DNA of 64,000 nt from Actinomycetota bacterium. Lineage in GTDB: Bacteria > Actinomycetota > Acidimicrobiia > Actinomarinales > Actinomarinaceae. This document shows positions 28,792 through 38,468 of the stretch, in pieces. Location of the stretch: assembly GCA_014239265.1 (NCBI GenBank), contig JAAZZH010000004.1:11078-75077 (forward strand), given 5' to 3'. The notes under the pieces are model-generated. The model searched no databases. It was not told the origin of the DNA and worked only from the letters and a program-made list of their open reading frames with translations. Numbering within the stretch: the stretch's first letter is position 1; each line of letters opens with the position of its first letter. The position numbers and the translations under genes are program-made.

Positions 28792-31700
28792 TAAAAGTAT
28801 AAAAAGTATTTTAATTATAGGTGCTGGACCAATCGTCATTGGCCAAGCATGCGAATTTGATTATTCAGGATCTCAAGCTGCTAAAGCATTAAAAAGTGAA
28901 GGCTATAAAGTAATTTTAGTTAACTCTAACCCAGCAACAATAATGACCGATCCTTCTATGGCAGATGCAACATATATAGAACCTCTTACTACAAAGTTTC
29001 TAGAAAGGATTATTGAGAAAGAAAGACCGGATGCAATACTTCCAACCTTAGGTGGTCAAACAGCACTAAATCTAGCAATGGCCTTGTACGAAGACGGTGT
29101 ATTCGAAAAATTTAACGTAAAAATTTTAGGTGCGTCAGCTTCTTCAATTGAAATAGCTGAAAATAGATGGAAATTTAAAGAAGCAATGGAGAAAGTAGGA
29201 ATCGCAACTTTAAAGGCGCATTATGTAAAAACAGTTGATGAGGGAATCGTTGCAGGTGCACAAATTGGTTATCCACTCATGCTTCGACCATCATATATTT
29301 TAGGAGGTGGAGGAACAGGTTTGGTCTATGGAGATGAAGAACTAGTAGAGAAACTTGAAAATGCATTTAAAGCTTCTCCTACTCAAGAAGTATTAATTGA
29401 AGAATCAATCTACGGGTGGAAAGAATTCGAACTTGAAGTGATGAGGGACAATGATGGAAATGGTGTAATAATATGTGGAATTGAGAACATAGACCCAATG
29501 GGTATACATACTGGAGACTCAATAACTGTTGCTCCTATCCAAACTCTATCTGATAAAGAATATCAACTTATGAGGGATGAAGCACTTTTGTGTCTTGAAA
29601 CAATTGGAATCGCTACTGGGGGAAGCAATGTTCAATTCGCAGTGAATCCTAAAAATGGTGAAAGACGTGTGATTGAGATGAATCCAAGGGTTTCAAGATC
29701 TTCCGCACTAGCTTCAAAAGCAACAGGTTTTCCAATTGCCAAATTTGCAGCACTGCTTGCAGTTGGATATAACCTAACTGAGCTAACTAATGATATCACA
29801 GGTTCTACACCAGCTAGTTTCGAGCCAGTTCAAGACTACGTTGTAGTAAAGATTCCGCGTTTTGATTTCCCTAAATTTCCGTCAACGGACGATGTGCTGG
29901 GTACTTCAATGCAAAGTGTAGGTGAAGTTATGTCTATAGCTTCTACTTTTACTGAAAGTTTAACAAAAGCCATAAGATCACTTGAGATAGGCAAAACAGG
30001 GATAAGAAACATAGATAATCGCTTTATAAACTTAGACAGGTTAGAACTTGAAAAAGAAATAACTGTACCTCGACCGCGACGAATTTTTGCAGTGCTAGAA
30101 GCTTTAAGAAGAAACTGGAGTGTTTCCAAGATATCTAATCTCAGTTATATTGACGAGTGGTTTTTATATGAAATTGAAAAAAGTTTTAATGTTAATCAAG
30201 AAACAACACCAACGACAATTTTAAAAATGCTTGGTTGGACTGAAGACGATATAGATAACAAAGATATTAAAGATGAACTTTCAAAAAATAGAGTTTATAA
30301 ACTTGTAGACACTTGTTCAGCTGAATTTTTATCAATTACACCATACCTTTACTCAACAACAGGAACAGAAGATGATGATATTTCTAGTAATAAAGAAAAA
30401 GTAGTGGTAATCGGCTCAGGACCAAACAGAATAGGACAGGGTATAGAGTTTGATTATTGCTGTGTACATGGTGTTGATGCTCTCAAAGAAAATGGATATG
30501 AGGCAATAATGATAAACTCAAATCCAGAAACTGTCTCGACTGATTATGACACAGCCGATAAATTGTACTTTGAGCCATTGAATTGGCAGGAGGTTGAAGC
30601 TGTCTTATTGAGGGAAAAACCAAAGTCCGTAATCATCCAATTAGGTGGACAAACACCTCTTAAATTAGCAGAAAAAATTGTTGAAAAAGGATACACTATT
30701 GCTGGCTCCAGTATTGAAGTTATAGATTCAACTGAGGATAGAGAATTATTCCAAAAACTTTGTACCAAAGAAAATATAAAACAACCAATCTCAAATATTG
30801 CTGCGAATGTAAAAGAGTTATCAGATTCAGTTACTCAGATAGGATATCCTGTCTTACTTCGGCCGAGTTATGTTTTAGGGGGTAGAGCTATGAGAGTCGT
30901 TAATAACGAAATTGAACTTAGTAACTACTTAGATGTACTTTCCAAAAGTGATGAAGATGGGAATCCGTTCAATTCAGGCCCTCTCTTGGTGGATGAATAC
31001 CTTACCAATGCTATAGAAATTGACGTTGATTTAATTAGTGATGGTACTGATGTAGTTATTGCTGGAATACTTGAGCATCTTGAGCCAGCTGGTGTTCATA
31101 GTGGTGACTCTACTGCAGTGCTGCCTCCTTACAGTATTGAAGAAAAAATGCTGACTGAGATTAAAGATAAAAGTATAAAACTTGCTCTGAGTCTAAATGT
31201 AAGAGGCTTGCTTAACATCCAGTTTGCAATAAAAGAAAATGAACTATACATATTAGAAGCTAACCCGAGAGCTTCAAGAACAATGCCTTTTGTTGCAAAA
31301 GTAACAAAAAATCAAATTATTAAAGCGGGAACACTCATTATGTTGGGGCATAAAATAAAAGATATCCTCAAAGATACAGATTATTTAAGTTCAAAAACTA
31401 ACAAAATAGCAGTAAAAAAAGCAATCTTTCCCTGGTCCAGGTTTCCTGCGGAAGATACTATGCTCGGCCCCGAAATGAAAGCAACTGGGGAAGTTTTAGG
31501 AATTGGAAGTAAATTAGGCATTGCTTTGAATAAAGCATATGCAGCAGCAGGAGTAGAAATTGGAGTAAAACAACAAGGGATTTTTATTACCCTGAGCGAT
31601 GAAGATAAGAATAAATTCTTAAAAACAATAAGAAAATATATAGATTTAGAATTTAAGATTTATGCAACTGAAGGAACCTCTGAGTTTCTTTTAAAAAACA

Positions 31701-31963
31701 ACATTGAGTCAATAAAAGTTGGGAGGGCAGATGATGAAGCGCCCACTTCTCTAACAATCATGCAGAAAGATCTTATATCTCTGGTTATAAATACTCCGAC
31801 TTTTGCAAATGAATATACCGATGGGTGGAAAATTAGGAGGCTAGCACATGATTCGGGAGTAGCAGTTGTATCTTCAGTAAGAGAAGCTGAAGCTTTTATT
31901 GAAGCATATGTTGAAAGTAATAATGCGTTAGTTGATATAGGGGTGATCCAAGATGTCAGTTAA
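28781..31963 (+). CDS. carB: Carbamoyl-phosphate synthase large subunit
   Basis: 1060 aa with duplicated ATP-grasp halves (..[19 protein letters not shown].., ..[18 protein letters not shown]..). Apparent TTG start overlaps the carA stop by 11 nt. Confidence 0.95.
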   Translation: MAIDKSIKSILIIGAGPIVIGQACEFDYSGSQAAKALKSEGYKVILVNSNPATIMTDPSMADATYIEPLTTKFLERIIEKERPDAILPTLGGQTALNLAMALYEDGVFEKFNVKILGASASSIEIAENRWKFKEAMEKVGIATLKAHYVKTVDEGIVAGAQIGYPLMLRPSYILGGGGTGLVYGDEELVEKLENAFKASPTQEVLIEESIYGWKEFELEVMRDNDGNGVIICGIENIDPMGIHTGDSITVAPIQTLSDKEYQLMRDEALLCLETIGIATGGSNVQFAVNPKNGERRVIEMNPRVSRSSALASKATGFPIAKFAALLAVGYNLTELTNDITGSTPASFEPVQDYVVVKIPRFDFPKFPSTDDVLGTSMQSVGEVMSIASTFTESLTKAIRSLEIGKTGIRNIDNRFINLDRLELEKEITVPRPRRIFAVLEALRRNWSVSKISNLSYIDEWFLYEIEKSFNVNQETTPTTILKMLGWTEDDIDNKDIKDELSKNRVYKLVDTCSAEFLSITPYLYSTTGTEDDDISSNKEKVVVIGSGPNRIGQGIEFDYCCVHGVDALKENGYEAIMINSNPETVSTDYDTADKLYFEPLNWQEVEAVLLREKPKSVIIQLGGQTPLKLAEKIVEKGYTIAGSSIEVIDSTEDRELFQKLCTKENIKQPISNIAANVKELSDSVTQIGYPVLLRPSYVLGGRAMRVVNNEIELSNYLDVLSKSDEDGNPFNSGPLLVDEYLTNAIEIDVDLISDGTDVVIAGILEHLEPAGVHSGDSTAVLPPYSIEEKMLTEIKDKSIKLALSLNVRGLLNIQFAIKENELYILEANPRASRTMPFVAKVTKNQIIKAGTLIMLGHKIKDILKDTDYLSSKTNKIAVKKAIFPWSRFPAEDTMLGPEMKATGEVLGIGSKLGIALNKAYAAAGVEIGVKQQGIFITLSDEDKNKFLKTIRKYIDLEFKIYATEGTSEFLLKNNIESIKVGRADDEAPTSLTIMQKDLISLVINTPTFANEYTDGWKIRRLAHDSGVAVVSSVREAEAFIEAYVESNNALVDIGVIQDVS

Positions 31964-32591
31964 GCCAATCTTCTTTGCCTTAGATGGGAAACATTTAGAT
32001 AATTTCTCAAGAGAGCTAGAAATCTTAAAAGGAAATATATATGGTGTAAAAGTAGGCTTAGAGATGTTTACTTCAGAAGGCCCATCTTCAGTTGAAAAGT
32101 TAAAAAAAGATGGATGGAATGTTTTTCTAGATTTAAAATTACATGATATTCCAAATACAGTTCAAGCTGCAACTATAAGTGCTGGAGATATAGGTGCTGA
32201 CTATTTAACTATTCATATAGCGTCCGGAAAAGAAGCATTACTTGCAGCTAAAGAAAGTAAATCTGAAAATCTAAAACTGCTTGGTGTTAGCACTGCGCTT
32301 ACTAGCAAAGCTTATAGTCCTGAAATAAGCCAAAAAGTATATGAAGAGTTCCTACTTGCGAAGGAGTCAAAAATAGATGGTGTTATTTGTCCTCCTTCTG
32401 AACTAGTTAAAACTAAAGAATTATTTGAGCTTATTGTTACTCCCGGAATACGTTTAAAGAATGAGGATAGTCATGATCAGAAAAATATTACTACTCCTGA
32501 AAAAGCCATAAGAGATGGTGCAAGTTATTTAGTGATGGGAAGGTCTGTAAGACAAAATATTAATTATGTAGTCGAAAAACTTAAATTATGA
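31953..32591 (+). CDS. pyrF: Orotidine-5'-phosphate decarboxylase
   Basis: FFALD.., [10 protein letters not shown] catalytic motif and ..VMGRSV... 212 aa. Confidence 0.9.
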   Translation: MSVKPIFFALDGKHLDNFSRELEILKGNIYGVKVGLEMFTSEGPSSVEKLKKDGWNVFLDLKLHDIPNTVQAATISAGDIGADYLTIHIASGKEALLAAKESKSENLKLLGVSTALTSKAYSPEISQKVYEEFLLAKESKIDGVICPPSELVKTKELFELIVTPGIRLKNEDSHDQKNITTPEKAIRDGASYLVMGRSVRQNINYVVEKLKL

Positions 32592-33265
32592 AAAAGTTTA
32601 TTTCTGCCCCATTTGGTAATTACATCAAAACAAACAAAACTATTTCGGTTTCAGGAAGTTGGACAATTGAAAAAAGAACTGGTCGTATTGTACAGATTGC
32701 AAAAACTCTAAGGTACACAAAACGTGGCTGGGTTAATAAAATTGGCCTTAGAAATCCAGGAATTGAAAAAGGCATTCCTCAACATGAAGATGAGCACGTA
32801 TTGTCCATAGCTGGGATCGAAAAAGATGACTGGATTAAATTTTCAGATAAAATCCCAGATAATTTTAATTTAGAAATTAATATGTCATGTCCTAATATTG
32901 ATAAACACTACACAGGTGGGATAGAAACATTTGATCCTACTTCAAGAGAATGGTTTATTGGTAAAATCTCACCACTTACTACTTTTAAAGAACTTGAATA
33001 TTTTATTAATGTACTTAAATTTAAACAAATCCATGCCTGTAATACCTTGCCGGTTGAAAAAGGAGGGTTGAGTGGGAAAGAACTTATTCCATATACAACA
33101 AAATTCATAAAGCATATTAAAAATAACTACCCAGAGATATCAACAATTGCAGGTGGGGGAATTTATACTAAAAAAGACATAGAGTACTATCAAGATATCG
33201 GTGCAGATCATATAAGTCTGGGAACTGTTTGCTTTAATCCGCTAAAATTAAGAAAGTTATTATGA
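32588..33265 (+). CDS. pyrD: Dihydroorotate dehydrogenase, class-1-like, unusually short (225 aa)
   Basis: Blocks IGLRNPG, EINMSCPN (Cys catalytic base, class 1), GGLSG, and AGGGI....D......GA..ISLGT. No pyrK-like partner gene. Confidence 0.7.
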   Translation: MKKFISAPFGNYIKTNKTISVSGSWTIEKRTGRIVQIAKTLRYTKRGWVNKIGLRNPGIEKGIPQHEDEHVLSIAGIEKDDWIKFSDKIPDNFNLEINMSCPNIDKHYTGGIETFDPTSREWFIGKISPLTTFKELEYFINVLKFKQIHACNTLPVEKGGLSGKELIPYTTKFIKHIKNNYPEISTIAGGGIYTKKDIEYYQDIGADHISLGTVCFNPLKLRKLL

Positions 33266-33618
33266 ACTTATTTATTAAAGAAGATTTTATTTCTCATGCA
33301 GGATTGCCTTTGACATGGAAAGTTGAATGTGATGCATTAAGTGATAATGATTATGAGGCTTTAGCAAAGATTGTTAGTGAAAAAATTACTTTTAGAGCTG
33401 TAAGAGGTATTCCTAGAGGAGGAATTCCCTTTGAAAAGGCACTTAAACAATACTGTACCAATAATCCTGCCGATCCTCTTTTAATTGCAGATGATGTTTA
33501 TACCACTGGAACATCAATGAGAGAAGTCTACGAAGATGGTGCCATAGGAATAGTGGTTTTTGCCAGAAATGAAATAAAAGACGACTGGATTAGAGCTATT
33601 TGGCAGATATCTATTTGA
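33262..33618 (+). CDS. Minimal type I phosphoribosyltransferase (118 aa); possible orotate PRTase substitute
   Basis: PRPP loop LLIADDVYTTGTSM, preceded by RGIPRGGIPFE. It occupies the slot where pyrE would complete the operon but is much shorter than canonical PyrE. Confidence 0.5.
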   Translation: MNLFIKEDFISHAGLPLTWKVECDALSDNDYEALAKIVSEKITFRAVRGIPRGGIPFEKALKQYCTNNPADPLLIADDVYTTGTSMREVYEDGAIGIVVFARNEIKDDWIRAIWQISI

Positions 33619-33619
33619 T

Positions 33620-34483
33620 ATGACAATAAATAAATATACAACTTCTCTAGATGGACTCATCATAGAAAATCCTGTTAAGAGTTTTTTTGATTACTGTATA
33701 GAAAGAGAGAATATTCGTCTAAAGAGAGAAAAGGGAGAAATCTTCCCTTGGAGTGATGATGAAATTTTTCAAAAAGGAAGATTTTTAAATGTTTTTAGAG
33801 AAGATGATAAAGTCAGTAAATCTATAATATCATTTGCCGAACCTCTGAAAAATGATCTCCCAAGACTAATTCAAGCATTATTTTTTGGAAGATGGTGCAA
33901 TCGTCAGGAGACACTGGATCAATTAAATCATCAAGACTTGGAAAGTACTGATGCCCTTAGAGTGAAACTTTCAAAGTCCACACAATGGGAAAACTTTAAT
34001 GCCTACCCCGTCCAAGATGTAATGTGGATGGGGAAAACCTACAGCAGATTAGATACTGCTACTTATCTTTTTAATGAGATAAAGGAAGATCTTGTAGATA
34101 TTATTTTGAATTCAGAATTAGATGTTATCAAAGCAACAAACAATATAAATGAGTTATTTAAAATGGAGAATGACTTCCCTATTTTCATGGCTTTAATAGA
34201 TATTGCCTGGTTTAGAGAGGATGTGATTCCAATTACCTCCGAAGTTCCAACAGGGATAGGTGCACAACCTTACTTAGACAGGCTAGAAGATTATTTAGGC
34301 TTAGATAACCATCAAGATGTTGCAACTAAGATGATTTCATTACAACAAGAATACTGGCCAACCGCAAAAAGAGAATTCTATCCTATAGATATTGAATACC
34401 AATCCTGTGAATGTAGAAAATATTTTAGTTACGTAAATGGTACAAAAAAATTTGAGGGTAAAAATCTTTTAATAATTGATTAG
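33620..34483 (+). CDS. Hypothetical 287-aa protein; N-terminal block resembles the helical domain of the 5-hmdU DNA kinase / aGPT-pyrophosphorylase superfamily (unverified)
   Basis: ATG lies 1 nt after the PRTase stop. It is the last gene of the pyr string. The family call rests on the block ERENIRLKREKGEIFPWSDDEIFQKGRFLNVFREDD and on memory only. Confidence 0.35.
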   Translation: MTINKYTTSLDGLIIENPVKSFFDYCIERENIRLKREKGEIFPWSDDEIFQKGRFLNVFREDDKVSKSIISFAEPLKNDLPRLIQALFFGRWCNRQETLDQLNHQDLESTDALRVKLSKSTQWENFNAYPVQDVMWMGKTYSRLDTATYLFNEIKEDLVDIILNSELDVIKATNNINELFKMENDFPIFMALIDIAWFREDVIPITSEVPTGIGAQPYLDRLEDYLGLDNHQDVATKMISLQQEYWPTAKREFYPIDIEYQSCECRKYFSYVNGTKKFEGKNLLIID

Positions 34484-34914
34484 TTAGATAGCTTATTAAT
34501 CCGTCTTAAATATCTTTCCTCTTTTGTAAACCTTGCTTCAAGAAAAGCTGAAATTATATCCATCGCATCTTCACTGTTAATATTATTAGATCCAAGTGAG
34601 AGAACATTTACGTTGTTGTGTTCAACACTCTGTATAGCTGTAGCTTTGTCGTTTACATTTGCAGCACGTATCCCAGCAAACTTATTTGCAGCTATTGACA
34701 TACCGACTCCACTACCGCAAATCAAAACACCTCTGTAGTCTTGATTTTCAAGGATATACTCACAAACTTTGGAAGCATAATCAGGAAAGTCACAACTCTC
34801 AGTAGAGTTAGTACCAAAATCATTCACTACAATATTGCTGTCTAAATTATTAAGGATGTAATTTTTTAACTCATATCCAGCATGGTCTGAGGCAATAGCA
34901 ACTTTTGTAAACAT
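34480..34914 (-). CDS. rpiB: Ribose-5-phosphate isomerase B
   Basis: 144 aa. VAIASDHAGYELK.. and ..ICGSGVGMSIAANK.. are typical of RpiB/LacAB. Confidence 0.9.
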   Translation of the reverse strand: MFTKVAIASDHAGYELKNYILNNLDSNIVVNDFGTNSTESCDFPDYASKVCEYILENQDYRGVLICGSGVGMSIAANKFAGIRAANVNDKATAIQSVEHNNVNVLSLGSNNINSEDAMDIISAFLEARFTKEERYLRRINKLSN

Positions 34915-36284
34915 TAAATAAGTTTTTCGATATCCAAAAGATTATCTATTTCATCTTCTGACAGTAGAGCTTTCTCTAGAAGTACTTTTTTAATAGTATT
35001 ATTTGTTGCGACAGCTTCTTTTGCAATTTCAGCTGCAGTGTCATATCCAAGTTTGGGAACTAAAGCCGTAACTAGAATGGAATTCTTTTGTATATTTTCA
35101 TCTAATTTTTCTGTGTTTGCTTCTAACCCAACTATTAATTTTTCTGTAAATGTTTTTGTACCTGTAGTAAGAATGGAAATACTCTCTAAAATATTATGGG
35201 CCATAACTGGCAACATTGTATTTAATTCAAAATTGCCATTTGCTGATGAAAATGTAATTGTAGAATCATTACCAATTACTTGTGCTGAAACCTGCATCAT
35301 CATTTCTGGAATAACAGGATTTACCTTACCTGGCATTATGGATGATCCTGGTTGAAGCGCTGGTATTTTTAATTCGCCCAATCCTGATACTGGACCACTT
35401 CCCATCCATCTAATATCATTTGCTATTTTAAACAAAGATACAGCTAAAGACTTTAATGAACCGGAAAGTTGTACAATTTCTTCTCTAGCTCCCTGCCTCG
35501 TAAAATGATTTTCTACTTCTTGAAAAGAGGTTTGAAGAGATTCTTCTAATTCTTTTGAGACGTCACTACCAAAATTTTCCGGAGCATTAATGCCAGTTCC
35601 AACTGCAGTTCCACCTATTGCAAGTTTTCGTACATTATCTAAAGCATTTTGTATATCTGTAGTTCTTTCTTTAATTAAGGATGCATAACCAGAAAATTCT
35701 TGGCCAAGTGTGACTGGGGTAGCATCCATTAGATGGGTGCGTCCATTTTTATAGATTTTCTCCCAGTTTTTTGCTTTTTCTGTGAGCGACTCACTTAAAT
35801 TTTCTAACTCAGGTATCAATCCTTGTGAGACTTCTAAAACAGATGCAACATTTGTAGCTGTTGGAATAATGTCATTTGAAGATTGACTCATATTTACATG
35901 ATCATTTGGATGGATGGTGATACCGCTCATTTCAGATGCTAAATTTGCGATTACTTCATTGGCGTTCATATTTGTAGAGGTTCCTGAACCAGTTTGAAAA
36001 ATATCTAAAATAAAGTCTTTATCATGATCCCCATCAATAACCTCTTGGGCACTTTTGATAATTGCACCGGCCATATTCTCATCAAGTAGACCATTTTTTT
36101 GATTAACAACTGCACAAGCTTTCTTGATTTCAGCTAAAGATTTGATAAAAGTCCTTGAAAATCTTAATTCTGATATTGGAAAGTTGTCAACAGCTCTAGC
36201 AGTTGATGCACCATATTTAGCTGACTCTGGAACTTCAAATTCACCCATTGAGTCTTTTTCTATTCTCATATTTTCTTTGCTCAA
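34914..36284 (-). CDS. aspA: Aspartate ammonia-lyase (class II fumarase/aspartase family)
   Basis: Signature GSSIMPGKVNPVIPEMM. The VIPE continuation and the N-terminal ..NFPIS.. resemble aspartases, whereas FumC has ..NPTQCEA... Confidence 0.7.
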   Translation of the reverse strand: MSKENMRIEKDSMGEFEVPESAKYGASTARAVDNFPISELRFSRTFIKSLAEIKKACAVVNQKNGLLDENMAGAIIKSAQEVIDGDHDKDFILDIFQTGSGTSTNMNANEVIANLASEMSGITIHPNDHVNMSQSSNDIIPTATNVASVLEVSQGLIPELENLSESLTEKAKNWEKIYKNGRTHLMDATPVTLGQEFSGYASLIKERTTDIQNALDNVRKLAIGGTAVGTGINAPENFGSDVSKELEESLQTSFQEVENHFTRQGAREEIVQLSGSLKSLAVSLFKIANDIRWMGSGPVSGLGELKIPALQPGSSIMPGKVNPVIPEMMMQVSAQVIGNDSTITFSSANGNFELNTMLPVMAHNILESISILTTGTKTFTEKLIVGLEANTEKLDENIQKNSILVTALVPKLGYDTAAEIAKEAVATNNTIKKVLLEKALLSEDEIDNLLDIEKLI

Positions 36285-36286
36285 TC

Positions 36287-36982
36287 TTATTCCTGGTATT
36301 GAGTGTATCCATTCGAATCAACTTCTTCAATCAATTCTTCGCCACCAGATTTAATTACATTTCCTTGAACTACTATATGAACTTGATCAACATTTAAATA
36401 TTTTAAAATTCTACTGTAATGAGTTACCAAAATATAAGATGTATCTTCGTTTCTATTTTCATTTATTAGCCCTGATACTGACTTGATGGCATCAATATCC
36501 AATCCCGAATCAATCTCATCAAGAAGAGCAACTTTTGGTTTTTTTATTGCTAGTTGGAATAATTCTGATCTTTTCTTCTCTCCACCGGATAAATCTACAT
36601 TTACATCCCTTGAGAGAAACTGTTCTACGTTGAACTTTCTAGAAAGTTCTAATATTTCATCATTGCTCAACCCGGGATTTATTTCATTAACATATTCGTT
36701 AAGGGTTACACCTGGAAGACCAACTGGATATTGAAATGATTGGAAAATACCAGCGCTTGATCTTTCGTATTGGGGTAGTTTTGAAATATCAGTATCTCCA
36801 ATTTGTATAGACCCAGACTGCTCATAATCTGGATTGCCCATTACAGCATGGCAAAATGTTGATTTACCTGATCCATTTGGACCCATTATTGCATGAAGTT
36901 CTCCAGAAGGTACTTCCATATCAATACCTTTTAATATTTGCACCTCTCCTATGGAGACTTTTAAATTTTGAACGCTAAGCAT
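36287..36982 (-). CDS. sufC: Fe-S cluster assembly ATPase SufC (copy 2)
   Basis: Start MLSVQNLKV.. (the track ORF extends to 37072 through the Rieske gene). GPNGSGKST, LSGGEKKRSELFQ, LLDEIDSGLD. Confidence 0.9.
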   Translation of the reverse strand: MLSVQNLKVSIGEVQILKGIDMEVPSGELHAIMGPNGSGKSTFCHAVMGNPDYEQSGSIQIGDTDISKLPQYERSSAGIFQSFQYPVGLPGVTLNEYVNEINPGLSNDEILELSRKFNVEQFLSRDVNVDLSGGEKKRSELFQLAIKKPKVALLDEIDSGLDIDAIKSVSGLINENRNEDTSYILVTHYSRILKYLNVDQVHIVVQGNVIKSGGEELIEEVDSNGYTQYQE

Positions 36983-37292
36983 CTTTTTCAACTTCGATAT
37001 ATATTGAATTTTCATCGGTTGATGTTTGATAGCAAGTAACTCCTTTAGATGCAGGTGGAGTAAGAACCTCACCTGTTTTTAAGTCAAATTCAGCTCCGTG
37101 AGCAGGACATTCAACTTTACAGTCATATACTTCACCCTCTGATAAGGATTCATCTGAATGAGAACATTTGTCATCTATCGCAAAGAATTCCCCATCTACA
37201 TTAAAAACTGCTATCTCTTTATCTTCCACATTTACTACCTTGGACTGGTTATTTTCTAAGTCACCTATATTTAAAACTTTGATTTTACCCAT
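36975..37292 (-). CDS. Rieske-type [2Fe-2S] ferredoxin domain protein
   Basis: CSHSD..(17 aa)..CPAHGAEF gives the CxH...CxxH Rieske ligands. Start MGKIKVL.. overlaps the sufD stop. Confidence 0.8.
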   Translation of the reverse strand: MGKIKVLNIGDLENNQSKVVNVEDKEIAVFNVDGEFFAIDDKCSHSDESLSEGEVYDCKVECPAHGAEFDLKTGEVLTPPASKGVTCYQTSTDENSIYIEVEKDA

Positions 37293-38454
37293 TATTTGAC
37301 CTCTCCAAAACATTTTCATATTTTTTTATTAATTGATCGGCAACTTCACTATTGATAATGCCCCAACTGTCTTTGTTTATTACTTCATTAAAAAATCCCT
37401 TAATGAGTAATTTTTCAGCTTTTTCTTTATTTATTCCCCTAGACATAACATAGTGATAGAGATTTTCATCAATAGGTCCTACTGATGAACCGTGTCCACA
37501 AATAACATCGTCACACAAAATTTCCATATTGGGAACGGATTGAGCACTTGCTTTATCACTTAGGAGAATATTTCTATTTTCCTGATGAGATTCTGTTTTA
37601 GTTGCTCCTTCAGCAATATGAATAGTTCCTGTAAATATAGAGGTGCTTTCATCACCAAGTACACCTTTAGTTTGCATGTTCGAGGTTGTATTTTGTCCTA
37701 AATGATTGACGAATACTCTGTTGTCGTGAACCTGTTTATTTTCACCAAAATACACACCATCAATATTAAAATTTGATCCATTACCAATTAAATCTATATC
37801 CATTCTAGATCGTGAGAATACCCCGCCGGTACTTACAGTATGAATAGAGAGACCAGAGTCTTTTTCGAGCTTTGCATAAAGTGAGTTTATTAAATTGATT
37901 TCATGGGAAGAAGTCACTTGAATAATTAGCTCTAAATTTGAATTTACATCTAAGTAAAGCTCTATCAAAGGGTATATATTACTCTTAACTAGATTACTGA
38001 AATTCATAAAGAATTTCGCAGATTTATTTTTATTAACATTTATTCCAATATACGGAATACTGTTTTTCTCGGATTCAAAATTAATTTTAAAATAATCAAG
38101 GACATCATCATTGACGTCTACTCTAAAGCCACCAGTTGCTCTGGTTAACTGCTGAAAGAGAAATTTATCAACAGGTCTTTTAATTGACTCATCAATTACA
38201 GGTGTTGCAATATCAATTAAATCTGTAAACACTACGCCATCAACTTCCTGATTGATATTAAAAGTGTTTCCATTTGTATTTACATGAAATCCATCTGTAT
38301 TTTCTAAATTTGTATTTTCACCTAACTCAAGATTATTAATGTCTGATTGAAGGGGGACATATTTCCAGTCTTCATTTTTCGTTGTTAAATCAACAATATC
38401 CTTGTTTTCTTTACCACGTACTTTTTTATCAATTATATTCTTATTCAATATCAA
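37285..38454 (-). CDS. sufD: Fe-S cluster assembly protein SufD
   Basis: 389 aa with a SufB/D-family C-terminal beta-helix region (..NRNILLSDKASAQSVPNMEILCDDVICGHGSSVGPIDE..). Located between sufB and sufC. Confidence 0.8.
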   Translation of the reverse strand: MILNKNIIDKKVRGKENKDIVDLTTKNEDWKYVPLQSDINNLELGENTNLENTDGFHVNTNGNTFNINQEVDGVVFTDLIDIATPVIDESIKRPVDKFLFQQLTRATGGFRVDVNDDVLDYFKINFESEKNSIPYIGINVNKNKSAKFFMNFSNLVKSNIYPLIELYLDVNSNLELIIQVTSSHEINLINSLYAKLEKDSGLSIHTVSTGGVFSRSRMDIDLIGNGSNFNIDGVYFGENKQVHDNRVFVNHLGQNTTSNMQTKGVLGDESTSIFTGTIHIAEGATKTESHQENRNILLSDKASAQSVPNMEILCDDVICGHGSSVGPIDENLYHYVMSRGINKEKAEKLLIKGFFNEVINKDSWGIINSEVADQLIKKYENVLERSNNG

Positions 38455-38468
38455 CCTGTTAATCTAAT

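Noticed and set aside
36983-37072. N-terminal 30-aa extension of SufC copy 2. Similar extensions occur for the Rieske protein (37293-37319), SufC copy 1 (17703-17744), carA (27676-27693), pyrR (25262-25291), msiK (51056-51076) and the MalG-like permease (55900-55956).
   Set aside because: The extensions overlap the preceding genes and lack homology to the family N-termini. Internal Mets reproduce the canonical starts and give the typical 4-8-nt coupling overlaps.
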